In this document: piece by piece, positions 49,808 through 62,629 of the stretch
How the letters are laid out: each line of letters opens with the position of its first letter
Numbering within the stretch: position 1 is the stretch's first letter
Source: Vicugna vicugna
Taxonomy: Eukaryota
Assembly: GCA_013265495.1 (NCBI GenBank)
Contig: MU061560.1
Coordinates: forward strand, 248,001 to 312,000
Length of the DNA stretch: 64,000 nt
Direction of reading: 5' to 3'
Position numbers and translations under genes: made by a program
Notes under the pieces: model-generated
The model's input: the letters and a program-made list of their open reading frames with translations, nothing else
What the model was told of the DNA's origin: nothing
The model's database searches: none

Positions 49808-51545
49808 GTAAACCGACAGCACACAGGGGCCCTGGGAGAGAGAAGTGAGAGAGAGTGCTTCCCGGGAGAGAGGAGTGAAACCTTTTCTCTGGTCAGACAA
49901 GGTGCACGCAGTACCCACGCCAGCGGGTTTCCTGCTTTTTTAAGTGACACGACAGCTTGTTCTGCGACAAGCTCTTTCTTTTATCGTTTGCTAAGAATGT
50001 AAAGTCTGTGTTTACTGAGTACTTGGGAATGGGCCTTGCCATTTCTGCAGGGATGTTTCAGGAATACGGTGCCCTGGGCACTTCCGCCCTTTTACCTGTT
50101 TCAGTGCAGCGAGGAGAGGGATGGTTGGCCGCGGTGCTCTGTGTCCGCACTAATTCACAGTGAGGGTGGTTTTAGCTCAGGAGCCTCCTCCCTGGGGAGT
50201 GAGAACCTGGGGGAGTGTTCTGAGGGGGTCTTAGAGTCTGGTGATGTGCAACCATGAATAATTTTTCTGGTTGTAAAGAAGCAGCAAATTGTAGCTGCTT
50301 ATGAATCAGGTCCAGTCCCCGGACCTCCACTGGACTGGCTCTTTATCCTCCGCTTCTCAGGCAGGTGCGTCACCTGCCGGGTCATTTCAGGGTGGCGGAG
50401 TCATTCTGTGCTGGGGGAGGGGATGATATTGGGGACAGAAATAGCCAAAAGCAGCGTCATCCCCTGAACCCTATTAAGAGCCTTTTTGAAAGCTTCATAT
50501 TAAATATAAACTCCATTTTTTTGATAGGAAAGATGTAGAAGAGGCACAGATGGCCTTTAATCCCTACACACTCATCTCTCGGAGGTTGACAAACGCCAGG
50601 TCCACTAAGAAGTGGGCTCCTTAATTGAGCATTTTAATAATAGAAAAAGGTAGGGTGAAAAAATTCATATTGTGAAATGTAACCAAAGGAGTCCACCTGG
50701 TACCTTTCTCTGGAAATTCATGATGTATTATAAATAACATTTTGTTATTAGGAGATAAAAGTCACTTATTGGAATTTAACCCATAATTTACATTCATGTG
50801 TCCATATTACAATGAACTAAATGAAGAGTGACAGTAAGATTTCTTCTTCACCTAGCTCGCTGTTTTTGGACACGCCCCAAATCTAGCAGTATGACTTCTG
50901 GAGACAGAGAAAGGGGAATTAAGTGCTGGGTACCAAGAAAAGCAGGAGAGTTTTCAGGATGCCCTGCCTCATTACCCTCCACTGCAAATGATTGTTAAAA
51001 ACAATTGCTCTCCAGTTCTTCGTTTGTTGCATCCATCTGTGCCACGTTTCCGCCATCACTTGCTTATCCTTTGAAGTACCGGACCCTTCTCCTCCTAAGG
51101 GACTGCCATTTACCCTTCCAACCCCAGGCTTCCCTGTGAGACAGGCATCCACTGCCGCGGTGGACCCAAGGTCATGGAGTCCACCATCCTGGATTAAGCC
51201 CAAAACACCCACGGGGCGACCTCAGCAGCCCCGAGCAGCAGGTTCACTTCGCGAATCCGGAGAGAGGCTGCGACATGGGCAACCTGAGGGTGATTGGCAC
51301 CCATGTGCAGGTGGTTTGTGGAGAATAATCAAGCAGCCTTGATTGCCAGTTGGATGGATCCTCTAAAAGCTGCACATCCCCATTATGTGCAGCAGCTGCA
51401 GTTGGGGAAAGAATGGCAAAGTTTGAGGGAAGGGCATCCACAGATGTTTTTCTGTTGAGGAAGGACAGTGGAGACTGATGGAGCCATGCTTGAGTGCAGT
51501 TTCCAATAAATAGATGTGTGACAAGTTGGTTAGTAAGAAGGATGT

Positions 51546-52120
51546 GGAGGGGAGGGTATAGCTCAGTGGTAGAGTGCCTGCTTAGCATGCACCAAGTCCT
51601 AGGTTCAATCCCCAGTACCTTTGTTACTGAGTCCAAACTTGTTCTGCTCGCCGCATGACAGGCCAATAAATTGGGAGACAAGGTGTTGGGGCAAGAAATA
51701 GAGACTTTATTCAGAAAGCCAGCAGATCGAGACAATGGCAGACTAATGTCTTGGAGAACCATCCTGCTCCAGTCATAATACAGGCTCCTTTTACACAAAA
51801 AAACTGGGGAGGAGGTGTGGTTGGTTGTTGCAAACTTCTTGGTGTAGGAATCCTTTTTTCTTGCAGCCGTCCATGTGGGCCAGCTCATGGTGCTCCTGCA
51901 AAACCTCCAACAAAACAAAGGTTATTCTCTATTCTGCAACTTTGTTATCTTCACATGAGTGCACAGCTAGCAAGACTAAGCCTGGAAGACAGGGCACAGT
52001 GGTTAAAGCTAAAGGAACAGATCTAATAAAGCCTCAGATTTGTTCTTTTCTGTTATACCTCCATTAAAAATAAATAAATAAACCTAATTACCTCCCCCCT
52101 AACAACACAAAACTAAAAAA
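51546..52120 (+). mobile_element. vic-1-like SINE split by an LTR
   Basis: Head at 51546-51621; tail resumes at 52058 (cctccattaaaaataaataaataaacctaattacctccccc). Confidence 0.92.
51622..52057 (-). mobile_element. ERV1-class solo LTR (copy 3 of 3), with an internal deletion of about 90 bp
   Basis: tgttactgag...tgttata ends. TSD cctt/cctc. AATAAA on the minus strand at about 51705. Confidence 0.92.
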
Positions 52121-53517
52121 GAATGAGGATGTAGCTTAGGAATGAACTGAGGAAGCTTTGAGAAGCCTTGTCCGGAGCTGGGCATGGGAGTACCGTAAAG
52201 CTCACAATTTGGAGACTTGCCGAATGGTCACTTGGTTATAGTCCTTTGATTTCTATGCATTTTCAATCGTTGATTTGCAGTAAGAGAATAACGTGTTCCA
52301 TTCAAATTTATGTATTTTTAAATCTAAAATAAATTAAGGCAATTTAGCCTGTGAGCATATTCTTTCAAATTTGTCAGAAACTAAGAGAAAAATAAAAACA
52401 ACCCAGGTGGTCGGTTTCTTGGTTTTCGATGTCGGCCGACAATGGATGTGTGGATGTTCTTTGTGATGATCTGAAAGGTGGTGGTATTACTACACCGCAG
52501 AGCCCTGCTGTTTTTCATCCAGGCTTCATATTTTAAAGTTCCTAATAAAAGTGTAACTAGCATATAGAGCAGAGTAAATTTGTAGAAGGAGAAAAGGAAT
52601 CAATTCTACTTCTTGGTAAATTGATACAGACTTTTGATGGCTGGTGTCAAGTTGAAATCTCAGATTTTTTTTTAATTGTAGGATCAAATTTATTTATTTT
52701 TTGTACTCTGGGTACTGACTGATGCAAAGTAATCGAAAGAGAGATCATGAAACAAAAAAATCATGACCTGATAAGCGAGGAGAAGTAGACAGGGATAACC
52801 AATGCAAAATGTAGTGAATCATCTGCTTGACAGTGTTGGGTGAATGTAATAATTTAATTAATGAAATCATTTAAAATTTACTGAAAGGACTCATGTCTTG
52901 TTTCAGTACGCTGATTGGTACTGGCAAATGTGCCTGTCTGTGTATGTGCTGTGTGTGTTATGGAAACTTTACATGTATGTTTGTGCACGTGTGTGTGTGC
53001 ATGTAATTCCATGGTCAGATTCTTTTCCATATATGGTATATATAGGATGGTACAGTGGGAAAATTAGAAACATTTCTGAATTAGGTATTAGAAAATCAAC
53101 ATTCTAGACTCAGCTCTGCTAAAAGTTTTAGAATTATATTCATCATATATGGGTTAAAGATTATTTTAGTATATAGTAAATAAATGAACAGACTATTATC
53201 ATTAATAGTTTTCTGCATCCTCTATAAATATTATTGAAGATATTATTTATTATGTATATCCATATTCTTAGGTTAAAGAAACATAAGGTAAATACCTTTT
53301 TGACTTTATTACCTTGAAAATTCTTTCTGTTGAGATATGAATCAGGTGGTAGAAATCATAGTATATTTTCATTATTGCTTTTGGTTCTTCAAACTTCAGT
53401 TAAACTTTTAACTTCAATTAAAAATTTTTAAAAAAGAATTTCAGAAACAAACCAAAAAACTCATTATAGATTTCAAATTTTATTTTAAAAGTGTGTCTGC
53501 TTTTAAAAAATATGTTA

Positions 53518-54110
53518 TTTTTTTTTATTCAGGTATAGTTAGCTTACAATGTTGTGTCAATTTCTGGTGTACAGCACAAGCTTCAGTCATACATGAATAC
53601 ACATTTATTTATTTTCATATTCTTCTTCACCATAAGCTACTACAAGATATCAAATATAGTTCCCTGTGCTCTGCAGTATAAACTTGTTTATCTATTTTAT
53701 ATATACCTGTCAGTATCTGTAAATCTCAAACTCCCAGTTTATCCCTTCCCACCCCCTGCCCCCCCGGTAACCATAAGTTTGTTTTTTATGTCTGTGAGTC
53801 TGTTTCTGTTTTATAAATAAGTTTGTTTGTCTTTTATTTTAGATTCCACATATAAGTGATATCATATGGTATTTTTCTTTCTCTTTCTAGCTTACTTCAC
53901 TTAGAATGACATTCTCTAGGGCCATCCCTGTTGCTACAAATGGCATTATTTTATTCTTTTTTATGGCTGAGTAGTATTCCATTGTATAAATATATTACAA
54001 CTTCTTTATCCGGTCCTCTGTTGATGGACATTTAGGTTGTTTCCATGTCTCGGCTACTGTAAATAGTGCTGCTGTGAACATTGGGGTGCAGGTGTCTTTT
54101 TGAATTAAGG
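53518..54110 (-). mobile_element. 5'-truncated lineage L1
   Basis: Closely similar to the L1 at 9674-10311. Degenerate TSD aaaatatgttatt and aaaacatgctact. Confidence 0.92.
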
Positions 54111-54434
54111 TAAAACATGCTACTATTAACTGTCCTTACCCCTGTTGGAAATTTTTGAAAATATGAACTGTCAGATGTAGGGTTTGAGTTTCTCATCTTA
54201 GGGTTTTCATCTTTTTGGGATTTTGCACTTTGCAGTCATACCTTCATTCATTCAACAAGGCGCCTCAGTGCTCGCTATGAGCCAGATGCCTGGGTGCTTG
54301 GGAAGCGTCAGTGAACAAAAATTCAATGCATGGTTGATTTCAGTGTTAAAACAGCTCAATGTGTTTAGAAACCGTTTCCTTCTCCTCTTTAGTATCTGTG
54401 GAAATAGAGAGTGAGCTGTGTTTCAGACAATATA

Positions 54435-54770
54435 TACTATAAATTGAGTATCTGTGTCCCTTCAGCGTATGTTGAAACCTGACACCCCATGTGATGGTGT
54501 TTGGAGGTAGGGACTTTGGGGGTTCATTAGGTTGACAGTGGAGCCCTCATGAATGAGACCCAATGACAGACACCCCAGAGAGCTCCGTCACCCCTTCCAC
54601 TAGGTGAGAACACAGCGAGAAGTTGGCATCTGTGAGCCGGGAAGTGGGCCTTCAAACCTGACACCAAATCTGCCCGTGCCTCCTGGTGTCCAGGGCTGTG
54701 AGAGATAAATGCCTGTGAAGCTATCCAGCCTCTGTTGTTATTGTTTGAGCAGCTCAAATGGACTAAGACA
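54435..54770 (+). mobile_element. MaLR LTR (MLT1A/A0-like)
   Basis: tatgttgaaacct...atgtgatggtgtttggaggtaggg...ggagccctcatgaatg...gcagctcaaatggactaagaca. Confidence 0.85.
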
Positions 54771-54787
54771 ACATTTTGGACAGTAGG

Positions 54788-54870
54788 GACATGATGCTGT
54801 ATGCCAGAAATGGACACATTGTAACTGACTATACTTCAATTAAATAAATACATAAATTAAAAAAAAATTA
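54788..54870 (+). mobile_element. Very short lineage L1 3' end
   Basis: atgctgtatgccagaaatggacacattgtaactgactatacttcaattaaataaa. Confidence 0.85.
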
Positions 54871-55059
54871 AACAGTAAATTACACTCATCTTTGTCTCTC
54901 ACTAAAACCACAGATAGGTGACACCTGCTGGACTAAAGCGTAACACCAGATGAGAAGCCCCGGACCTCAGCCACTAGCACACGTTCACTTTTATTTAAGG
55001 GGAGCCCTTCAGCCACGCTTTAAAAATGGAGTTGCTTCTACTGTATAATTAGGAGGTCT

Positions 55060-56125
55060 GGTAATAGTGTGGAATTGGAAATCAAGAAATCTGAGTTCAG
55101 ATCCTGACTCGAGCATTTTATTATTTGTGTTTGATTAAGCATCTTACTTTCCATATGAATGTTACAGTAACACCTGTCCTGCTCCTCGTGATTTTTATGA
55201 GGATAAAATAAGATATTTTTCATGAAAGTGCTTTATGAGAAGTTGAGGACTATGTTAGTGTTATTTACTGTTTCAAAGTTTGGTAATTGGACTTCACACA
55301 GCCAGACAGAAACAATAAATTTAGGAAGATGTATTGGAGTAAAGCGAGTCGCCGCAGCACCTTCTGATAGTAGCAAGAAGGAATGGTTGGCATCCGGACA
55401 TCAAATGAAGAAACAGCACATATTTAAAAGCCAGCAGGTTGAAAGAGGAGATCCGTCTGGATGTTCTTACTATCAGTGTAAACAGCCTTCCGTGCCTGGC
55501 TGGTGTCTTCAAAGGGTCGCCACATTATTTTTCAGCGAGACACTGAATGTGCCTACGATGACCCAAGTCATAGGGAGAGGTTGATTATTTAATTACAGCA
55601 TTCAGTAATAATGAAGCTTTTCCTGCAGTCTCTGAGTTTCTGGTTGAATGCTTGGCCTTTGAGAGCTGTGTGTACATGTAGCTGCATGAAACTGACACTC
55701 CAACTGAATGCTGATTTTTCCTGTTCTTTAAAGGCACGGCGTGGCTACAGCTGGAAAGTTGTCTGTTTCCCCGGCATGTCCCAGTTTCTCTCCTGCTCTT
55801 TGTACTTACTGGGAATGGACCTCACACCTCCCTGGAATGTTGCAGAGTGCCAAACAGGGAAGAATCACCAGTCTCTTTAATTGGTTTAAATAACTAACAA
55901 TAATGTCATAGCTAACATTTATGAGAGCTTATCACGTGCCAAGCACGATACTCAGCATTTTATATTCTTTATCTTATATAATTCTCTCAAGGAACTTACA
56001 AGGCATGTGCTGTTTCTATCCCCACTTTCCAGGTGAGGCAAAGAGAGGCTTACAAGAGCCCAGCTGGCAGTCAAGCTGGTGTTCTAAGCCAGGCGATCTG
56101 AATCCAGAGTCCCTGCTCTTAACCA
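55060..56125. mobile_element. MIRs (about 55060-55265 plus, 55900-56125 minus)
   Basis: tgaggataaaataagat...aaagtgcttt and agctaacatttatgagagcttatcacgtgccaagcac. Confidence 0.65.
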
Positions 56126-56379
56126 TGTTAGTGCCTGCTTACTGGTTTTGATTCTGTTGGAGAGGGCTGTATTTCTTTTTGTTGAAAAGTTCTTTCTGAC
56201 ACCTGCTGAGCTGCAGTAAACAAACATCCCTATTAACGTGACCAAGGAATTTGAAAGCAAAGTTTAGCAATATACTGACAGTTCACCTTTGAATGATTGA
56301 TCTGATTGTGCCTTTGGGAAAAATAAGTTACATTCATGGGTTTGTTTGAAGAATTAGTTTAAAATTATAGGCTCACAGA

Positions 56380-56965
56380 ATTTTTTTAAATGTGTGTATA
56401 TAGTTCAATGAATTTTAACAAATACATAGATTCATGTAACCACATACTCCTTTGTAGTCACATCCTTCCCCACCCCAATCTCCGATAACCAGTCATCTGT
56501 TTCTATCACTACAGCTTTGTCTTTTATTATTTTATTTTATTTGGGGGGGAGGGTCAGGGAGGAGGTAATTAGGTTTATTCATTTTTTAGAGGAGGTCCTG
56601 GGGATTGAACCCAAGACCTCGTGCTTGCAAAGCATGCGCTCTACCACTGAGCTGTACCCTCCTCCGCTACTGTTTTGTCTTTTAAGGAACATCAGGTAAA
56701 TGGAATTATATAGTGTGTAACCTTTTGGGAGCAAGTCCTTTCCCTCAGCATAATGCCTGTGAGACTCATCTAAGTTGTTGCATGTCAGTACTTTCTTCCT
56801 TTTTATTGCCAAATACCACTGTGTGGATGCATGACTTTTTTTTGTTTTTTTAGTCGATTCACCTATTGGAGAACATTTGGGTTATTTTCAGAGTTTGGGC
56901 ACTTGCAAGTAGGGCTGCTGTATACATTCATGTGCATTTATGTTCATTTGTCTAGGGTAGATACT
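56380..56965 (-). mobile_element. Old L1M 3' end split by a SINE
   Basis: tatagttcaatgaattttaacaaat...ctcagcataatgcctgtgagactcatc. Confidence 0.72.
56526..56666 (-). mobile_element. vic-1-like SINE
   Basis: Full length. TSD ctac(a/t)g(c/t)tttgtctttt. Confidence 0.9.
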
Positions 56966-57979
56966 CGGGAGCGGTGGAGCTGGTGGATGCAGATGCTGGT
57001 GCACTGGCAGGTGTGGGTGGAGAGCGCCTTCGCGAGTCCTGTTCAGGCTGCTCCAATTTTCCCTCTGAAGCAGGAAGCAAGGCCAGCGGCCAAGAGGGCA
57101 GATGGCGCGGTGCTGGGAATTTGAGGAGGGGGCGTGGTGAGATAAGCACTGAGAAGGGTGAGTCACTAAGGCAGGAAGCAGGAGGAGAAAGTCTCTCAAG
57201 AGGAGGAATCCCAGGGATGGAGATCGTCTTTGTGTGCACTGAGAAGGCCAGGAATTAAGACCAGGCCTTCTGGAGATACTGACAACGAACCAGGAGCTAA
57301 AGTCTTAGAGAAATGAGCGGGGCTGAGTCGGTGTTGAGAAGTGACAGTAACAGTGCTCAGGAGTGGGTAGCAAGGTGTCTGTGTCTGCCCTGCTGCCGCA
57401 GCCTTGTTCCAGGGAAGTCACTTTTAATTTTTTTTTTCAATGTGCATACCTCAGCTTAAAAAAAAAAATCTCGTAATGACATGAGATTTAAAGCAGAGGG
57501 GTTTTAAGGATGGAGAAGAAGGGAGTGGTGAATGCTCTGAAAGCAGCCTTTTGGGCACCTGTCCCACAGGCCACTACTGGAGAGAGTTGCAAAGGAAACA
57601 GTGTCCCCAAGGGAGAGTCAGGTTTCCATTAATCGAAGAGTGCATTATACGCATCTGTGAAATCATCATGCCTTCCGTGGTCCCATGTGCTCATAGAGTC
57701 GGTGACTATAGATTAGAATGCATGCCTTGTTTATAAGGAGCATATATGTTTAATTTCTCTTCTTAAGGATTGGGAAATACTTTTCCCCCCATGATTTGGA
57801 AAGTTAGATTATTATTTTCGTCAGTGAGAAATAATATGGCAGCTTTTGAATAGTTTTCAAAATCATAGGAGTCGATCTTCAGTCGAAAATACGTTTAGCC
57901 TTTTGAGGGTTATTTTAGGGGTGCACTAGGCGTCCCCATAAAACCAAACATTTAGGGGAAGACTTCAAAAATGAAAGCA

Positions 57980-58480
57980 CTCTTCCCTTTCGTGGCCATT
58001 GCTGAAATGCCAGTGGCCAAAATGAAGTTCAGTCCCTTTGTGACTTCTGACCAATGCAAGAACCGTAAAAGGCATTTCAGTGCACCTTCCCACATTCGCA
58101 GGAAGGTTATGTCTTCTCCTCTTTCCAAAGAGCTGAGACAGTACAATGTTCAATCCATGCCCATTGGAAAGGATGATGAAGTTCAGGTTGAATGAGGGCA
58201 GCAGGTCGGCAAAGTGGTCCAGGTTCACAGGAAGAAATGTGCCGTCTGCGTTGGACAAGTGCAGCGGGGAGGGCTCATGGCACGACTGTCCATGTGGCCA
58301 TTCACCCCAGCAAGGCGCTTATCACTAGACTAAAATGGGGTGAAGGCCACAAAAAGATCCTCGAATGTAAAGCCAAATCTCACCAAGTAGGAAAGGAAGA
58401 GGGCAAATATAAGGAAGAAACAATTGAGAAGATGCAGGAATAATCTTGTATACAACTTTCATTAAAAACTGTTACAGTGA
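57980..58480 (+). pseudogene. RPL26: Processed pseudogene of 60S ribosomal protein L26
   Basis: Intronless. 5' TOP-like start ctcttcccttt at 57980, ATG at 58022 ([40 protein letters not shown]), C-terminus [17 protein letters not shown] ending at 58443, ATTAAA at 58461. Frameshifting deletions near 58190 and 58270. EETIEK favours RPL26 over RPL26L1. Confidence 0.93.
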
Positions 58481-58803
58481 TTTTTTAAAAAGCTTATGTT
58501 AATGTTTCCAACATCCAGATGTAGGACAGCATTTGGACACAGCTTCAAAATAGTACCACTTTCATTTGTGACTCTTCTTCCTGCGTGAGACAATGAGAGG
58601 GGGCATAAGCTTCTGGCCTGATGTGGCAGTTGCAGCAACTTCCTGTGTAATGGCCAGTCATTAAGCCAGTGCCAAATGGAGAATTAAATGGGAAATTGCA
58701 GAGGTCAAGATAAAGTTAGAAATGGCCAGAGAGTATTGCCTGGGGCAGGATACAGAAATGGCAACTCTGGAGCTGACATAGGTTAAAAAATAAAAATCTG
58801 TTT

Positions 58804-58866
58804 CTTTCTTTTTTTTTTTAATTGAAGTATAGTCAGTTACAATGTGTCAGTTTCTGGTGTACAGCA
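58804..58866 (-). mobile_element. L1 micro-insertion of about 63 bp
   Basis: T-tail plus aattgaagtatagtcagttacaatgtgtcagtttctggtgtacagc. TSD aaaaatctgttt. Confidence 0.88.
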
Positions 58867-59628
58867 AAAAAATCTGTTTTTTAAAATATTCTTGGCATAG
58901 TTTCTTTACTTTTTTTTAAAAAAGGTGATTGTTTTATCAGTTACCATTCATCCTATAAAAATAATAAGCAGCAAAGTCACCCACTTATTAAAATGTAGAG
59001 CCAGTGTGGTGTTTACTTGGCACATATACATATATGTGTATGTGGATTATAAATTTGGATTTTATATGTGTGGATTTCTTTCCTTTCCTCCCTCCCTTCC
59101 TCCTTCCCTTCCTTCTTTACCCCTCCTGCCTGCCCTCCCTCCCTTCTCTTTCCTGTCTTGTGAATTAGGGTCAAATACCAGCTTTCTACCTCTTGGAACA
59201 TAAGAATAAAGACTGTGCATAATCCATTTGGTCCACATTTATTCTTGGACTAAAAATAGCTTGATTCAGTTTCCAACTTTTTCTCCCACCCCAAGCTCAG
59301 ATTTTGCTCCCTGTGCAGACTGGGTAGAAGAGGGGGAGTAATGAATAATCAGCAGTTCAGCTGGAATGCTTAGTGGGCAATTTTAATCTTTTTTTTTTTT
59401 TTTTTTTTTCATCTTGACCTCTATTTCCAAAGAACATCCTGGTTGGCAGATCTAGCCTGATTAAGATTCTGTTCAGGCATTTAATTCTCCTAAGGGAATT
59501 GATAGCTTAATCTCACAATCAAGGCTACCCGAATCTACTCAGAACTTAATTCCTTGAAGGTTATAGGAAATTTATACTTGGGCAAGGCAGAAAGAGCAAA
59601 CTAATGAGTGAGCTTAGCGATGTAATGA

Positions 59629-59635
<7 letters not shown>

Positions 59636-59675
<40 letters not shown>

Positions 59676-59694
59676 GTGTGTGTATATATATATA
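59636..59694. repeat. (TA)n/(TG)n microsatellite
   Basis: Read directly from the sequence. Confidence 0.95.
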
Positions 59695-60594
59695 TCTTGA
59701 ATTATACTTTTTAATGCTTAATCAACAAAGATATTTTAAAAATAAATATTATAGGCTGAATTATATTAGATGCATTAGTAGACCTGAACTTCACCTTTCA
59801 GTTTGAATTCAAATAGAATGCGTCCCATAAGAAAGACTGTCCATTGGTTACCTACTTATTGGCTTCCTCATCGTCTTGCGTGTTCACTTATATTAAAAGT
59901 ACTTAGATTGAGAAATAGTTTTCTGATAGAGTTTTGGCTTCACTAAAACAATTTTTCAGAAAGGCAGAATTATAATTAAATATTTCTTCTGAGGTTCTCG
60001 CACTATACAAAAACCTTACTGTCTGTATTACATTAAAAAAAACCCTAAAGCACTACAATGTATTTTTTAATGAGCTTTGGCACACAATTTTAAACATGTA
60101 CATTAATAGATCAACAATATTTATGGGCCAGATTATTCCCATGTTTTGTTGTGGCTTACAGGAGAGAATGTCTGTCTAAAAATGAGTTCAAGATTTGGCT
60201 ACATGTGCAAGCAAGTGGCCAGCAGGTGTTTTCTGGATGGCAAATTCAGTTGTTAGAATGATAACAGGATAACAACATCAATCTTGTCCCCAACAACTAA
60301 TGATAATGAAACTGAGCCTTGAGAGGAATAAAAATCTTGCATCATTATTTGAATCAATCTTTCACTGGCAGTGCTTGCCAAGGGAGTGTTGTTTCACGGC
60401 CTCTTTTTTCATTATCAACTCCTTAACAAGTGATCTATGCATTTTTTTCCCTAATTGCCACAAAATGAAATACTGAGGAATAAGATTTTGTAGAGTAGTG
60501 GTGAGCTTGGGAGGATCATAAACCATTGTAATATCTAAGTTTTTGTGTTTTGGTTTTTTTTTTTTTTGCTTCCCTAAGGATTAATTTTCACCCC

Positions 60595-61078
60595 TGTATT
60601 AATTCTCTGTGGTTAGCTGGAACAAAATACTTCAAATTTGGTGGCTTAAAACACAGGCTATTCCCTTACAGTGCTGAAGGCCAGAAGCCTGCAGTTGACT
60701 GGGCTGAAGTCAAGGTGTTGGCAGGGCTGTACTTCCTCGGAGGTGTTGGAGGAGCGCCTGTTTCCTCTTCCAGTCTGCCCTCCTTGCATTCATTGGCTCA
60801 TGGCCCCTTCCTCCACGTTTCAAAGCCAGCAACATAGCATCTTGTTTCAGTGTCATATTCCTTTCTTGTTTTTTGTCAAATTTTCTCTGTCTGCCTTTGA
60901 TGAGGACACAGTGATGACACTTAGGGTCTACCTGGATAATCCAGGAAAATCTCTCCATCTCAACATCCTTAACTTAATCACATCTGCAAAATCTCTGCTG
61001 CTGTATAAGGTACCACACTCACAGGCTCTGGGGATTAGGACCTGGACATCCTTGGCGGCTATTGTTCAGCCTCCCACA
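60595..61078 (-). mobile_element. MaLR LTR (MLT1C/D-like)
   Basis: tgtatt...ggtggcttaaaacac...ggataatccaggaaaatctc...cttaacttaatcacatctgcaaa...cagcctcccaca. Confidence 0.85.
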
Positions 61079-62629
61079 GGGGTAATACCACCCCTATTGG
61101 AAATGCATGTTCTACATAATGAGAAAGAGAAAAAAATAGAAGAAGAAGATATATATATATAAATATGTAACTTTGGCTTGTAATCAATTCTTTATTATGT
61201 ATTAGTCGATTTGGGGCACTTGCCATTAAGAACAGAAGATATGTTTAAAATTAATGAGACTCAGGAGCCCTAGAGTTGGTGATGCTCATCTTATTTCAAT
61301 GTACTAACCCATCCATTTATTTTGCATCACCCTTTTGGCTGGAGCCAGTCAGCAGAGAAGGGCAATGCATCACTCCAAGGTCAGACAGTGTCATTACCTA
61401 ACTCTTATTGTTAACCGGGAAATCCACCATTAAGCTTCCGATTGAGAGAAATACTGTTGAGTTGGCAAATGCTTTCAGTGTGTATGCGCAGAGAGTCATA
61501 GGTAACCGCATTTTTTCACACTGTGGCAAAGAGAAATGAAAATTCTGTGCTGTGTTTTAATTTGCTGCAAAGTTTCTCCTCCAGGATCGACCATTCTGTT
61601 GAGCACCCCCCCAAGTCAGTGCTGGAAAGGCCAGCGTGTGGAAGGCAGTGTCTGCCTCTCTTAGACTGTTCAGAGGGCTAAAATGAATACATAATTAATT
61701 CCAGTAGTGGAAGTCACTTCCCTCCCGCAGGCTGCTGTTTAGGATCGCTGCCTGAATGAAAACAGAAACCTACCTGACATCCTCTAAGCCTGACTTACAT
61801 CCTCTGGGGACCATGCAGCGGATACCACTGGGCTCTCCAGCCTGCGTGTGTATTACTAATTAAAGACACGCTGCCAGGGTCTTCTTTATTTATTGACATT
61901 GCTAGCTTAGATGGCATGGAAATTGATCAGTTCTCTATTAACAATCCATGAGCTGCACTCCCATCTGAAAGGAGCAGAGGCTGAATAAGACATTTAACAC
62001 AATGATTGAGGTTGAATTCAACAAGAATCCTGACGAAGTCCAACTAGATTCTTAGTGCTCTGCTCCAGCGGCTTTTGGAGATAGACTTTTTTCCCTGGCA
62101 CACTTCACCAAATCATGGGCTTAAAAACAGTTGTATTTGCCCTCATTCTTGGGCAAATAGGACCTAGGCATCCTAATTTTTTTTTTAAACAAGATTGCCA
62201 CAGAATGTTACTAAAAGCCTTTGTTTATGTTTGATAAAGCAGTTGCACAAAAAAGTTGTATTCAGTAAAATTCCTTACAAGTTAATTACTTAAAACTTTG
62301 CAAATAACTGAAGTTAGACGCTTTGGATTTTGTTTTTAGAGCTAAGTGCAGATTTTGCAAGGGCATTCATCTCCATGTCGGCCAGGATTTAAAACTGGTT
62401 CTACAAATATTAGCTGAGTAGCCTTAGGCAAATGATTATCCTCTCGGGGCCTCAATATTGTTATCTATTAAATGGGAATAAAAATAACACCTACCTCGAG
62501 GAGCTGTTGCGAAGCCTCACACGTGTGCTTGGCATGGCTACTGGCATATGGCTGGCAGTGGGGCCAGAATTAGCTTTTGCATTATTTCAGTGCTGTATGC
62601 ATATATTTTTAGAACGCACTTAGGATTAT

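Noticed and set aside
49409..50002. 197-aa ORF as a single-exon gene
   Set aside because: Only 49595-49807 is BICD1-like and it has canonical splice sites; the open flanks are probably chance and the start is TTG.
51244..51918. 224-aa minus-strand ORF, the longest in the track
   Set aside because: Runs through LTR and SINE sequence; no recognisable domain.
57971..58443. Functional RPL26 paralogue
   Set aside because: Frameshifts and many substitutions at conserved residues.
60671..61162. 163-aa ORF
   Set aside because: Lies within an MLT1-like LTR.
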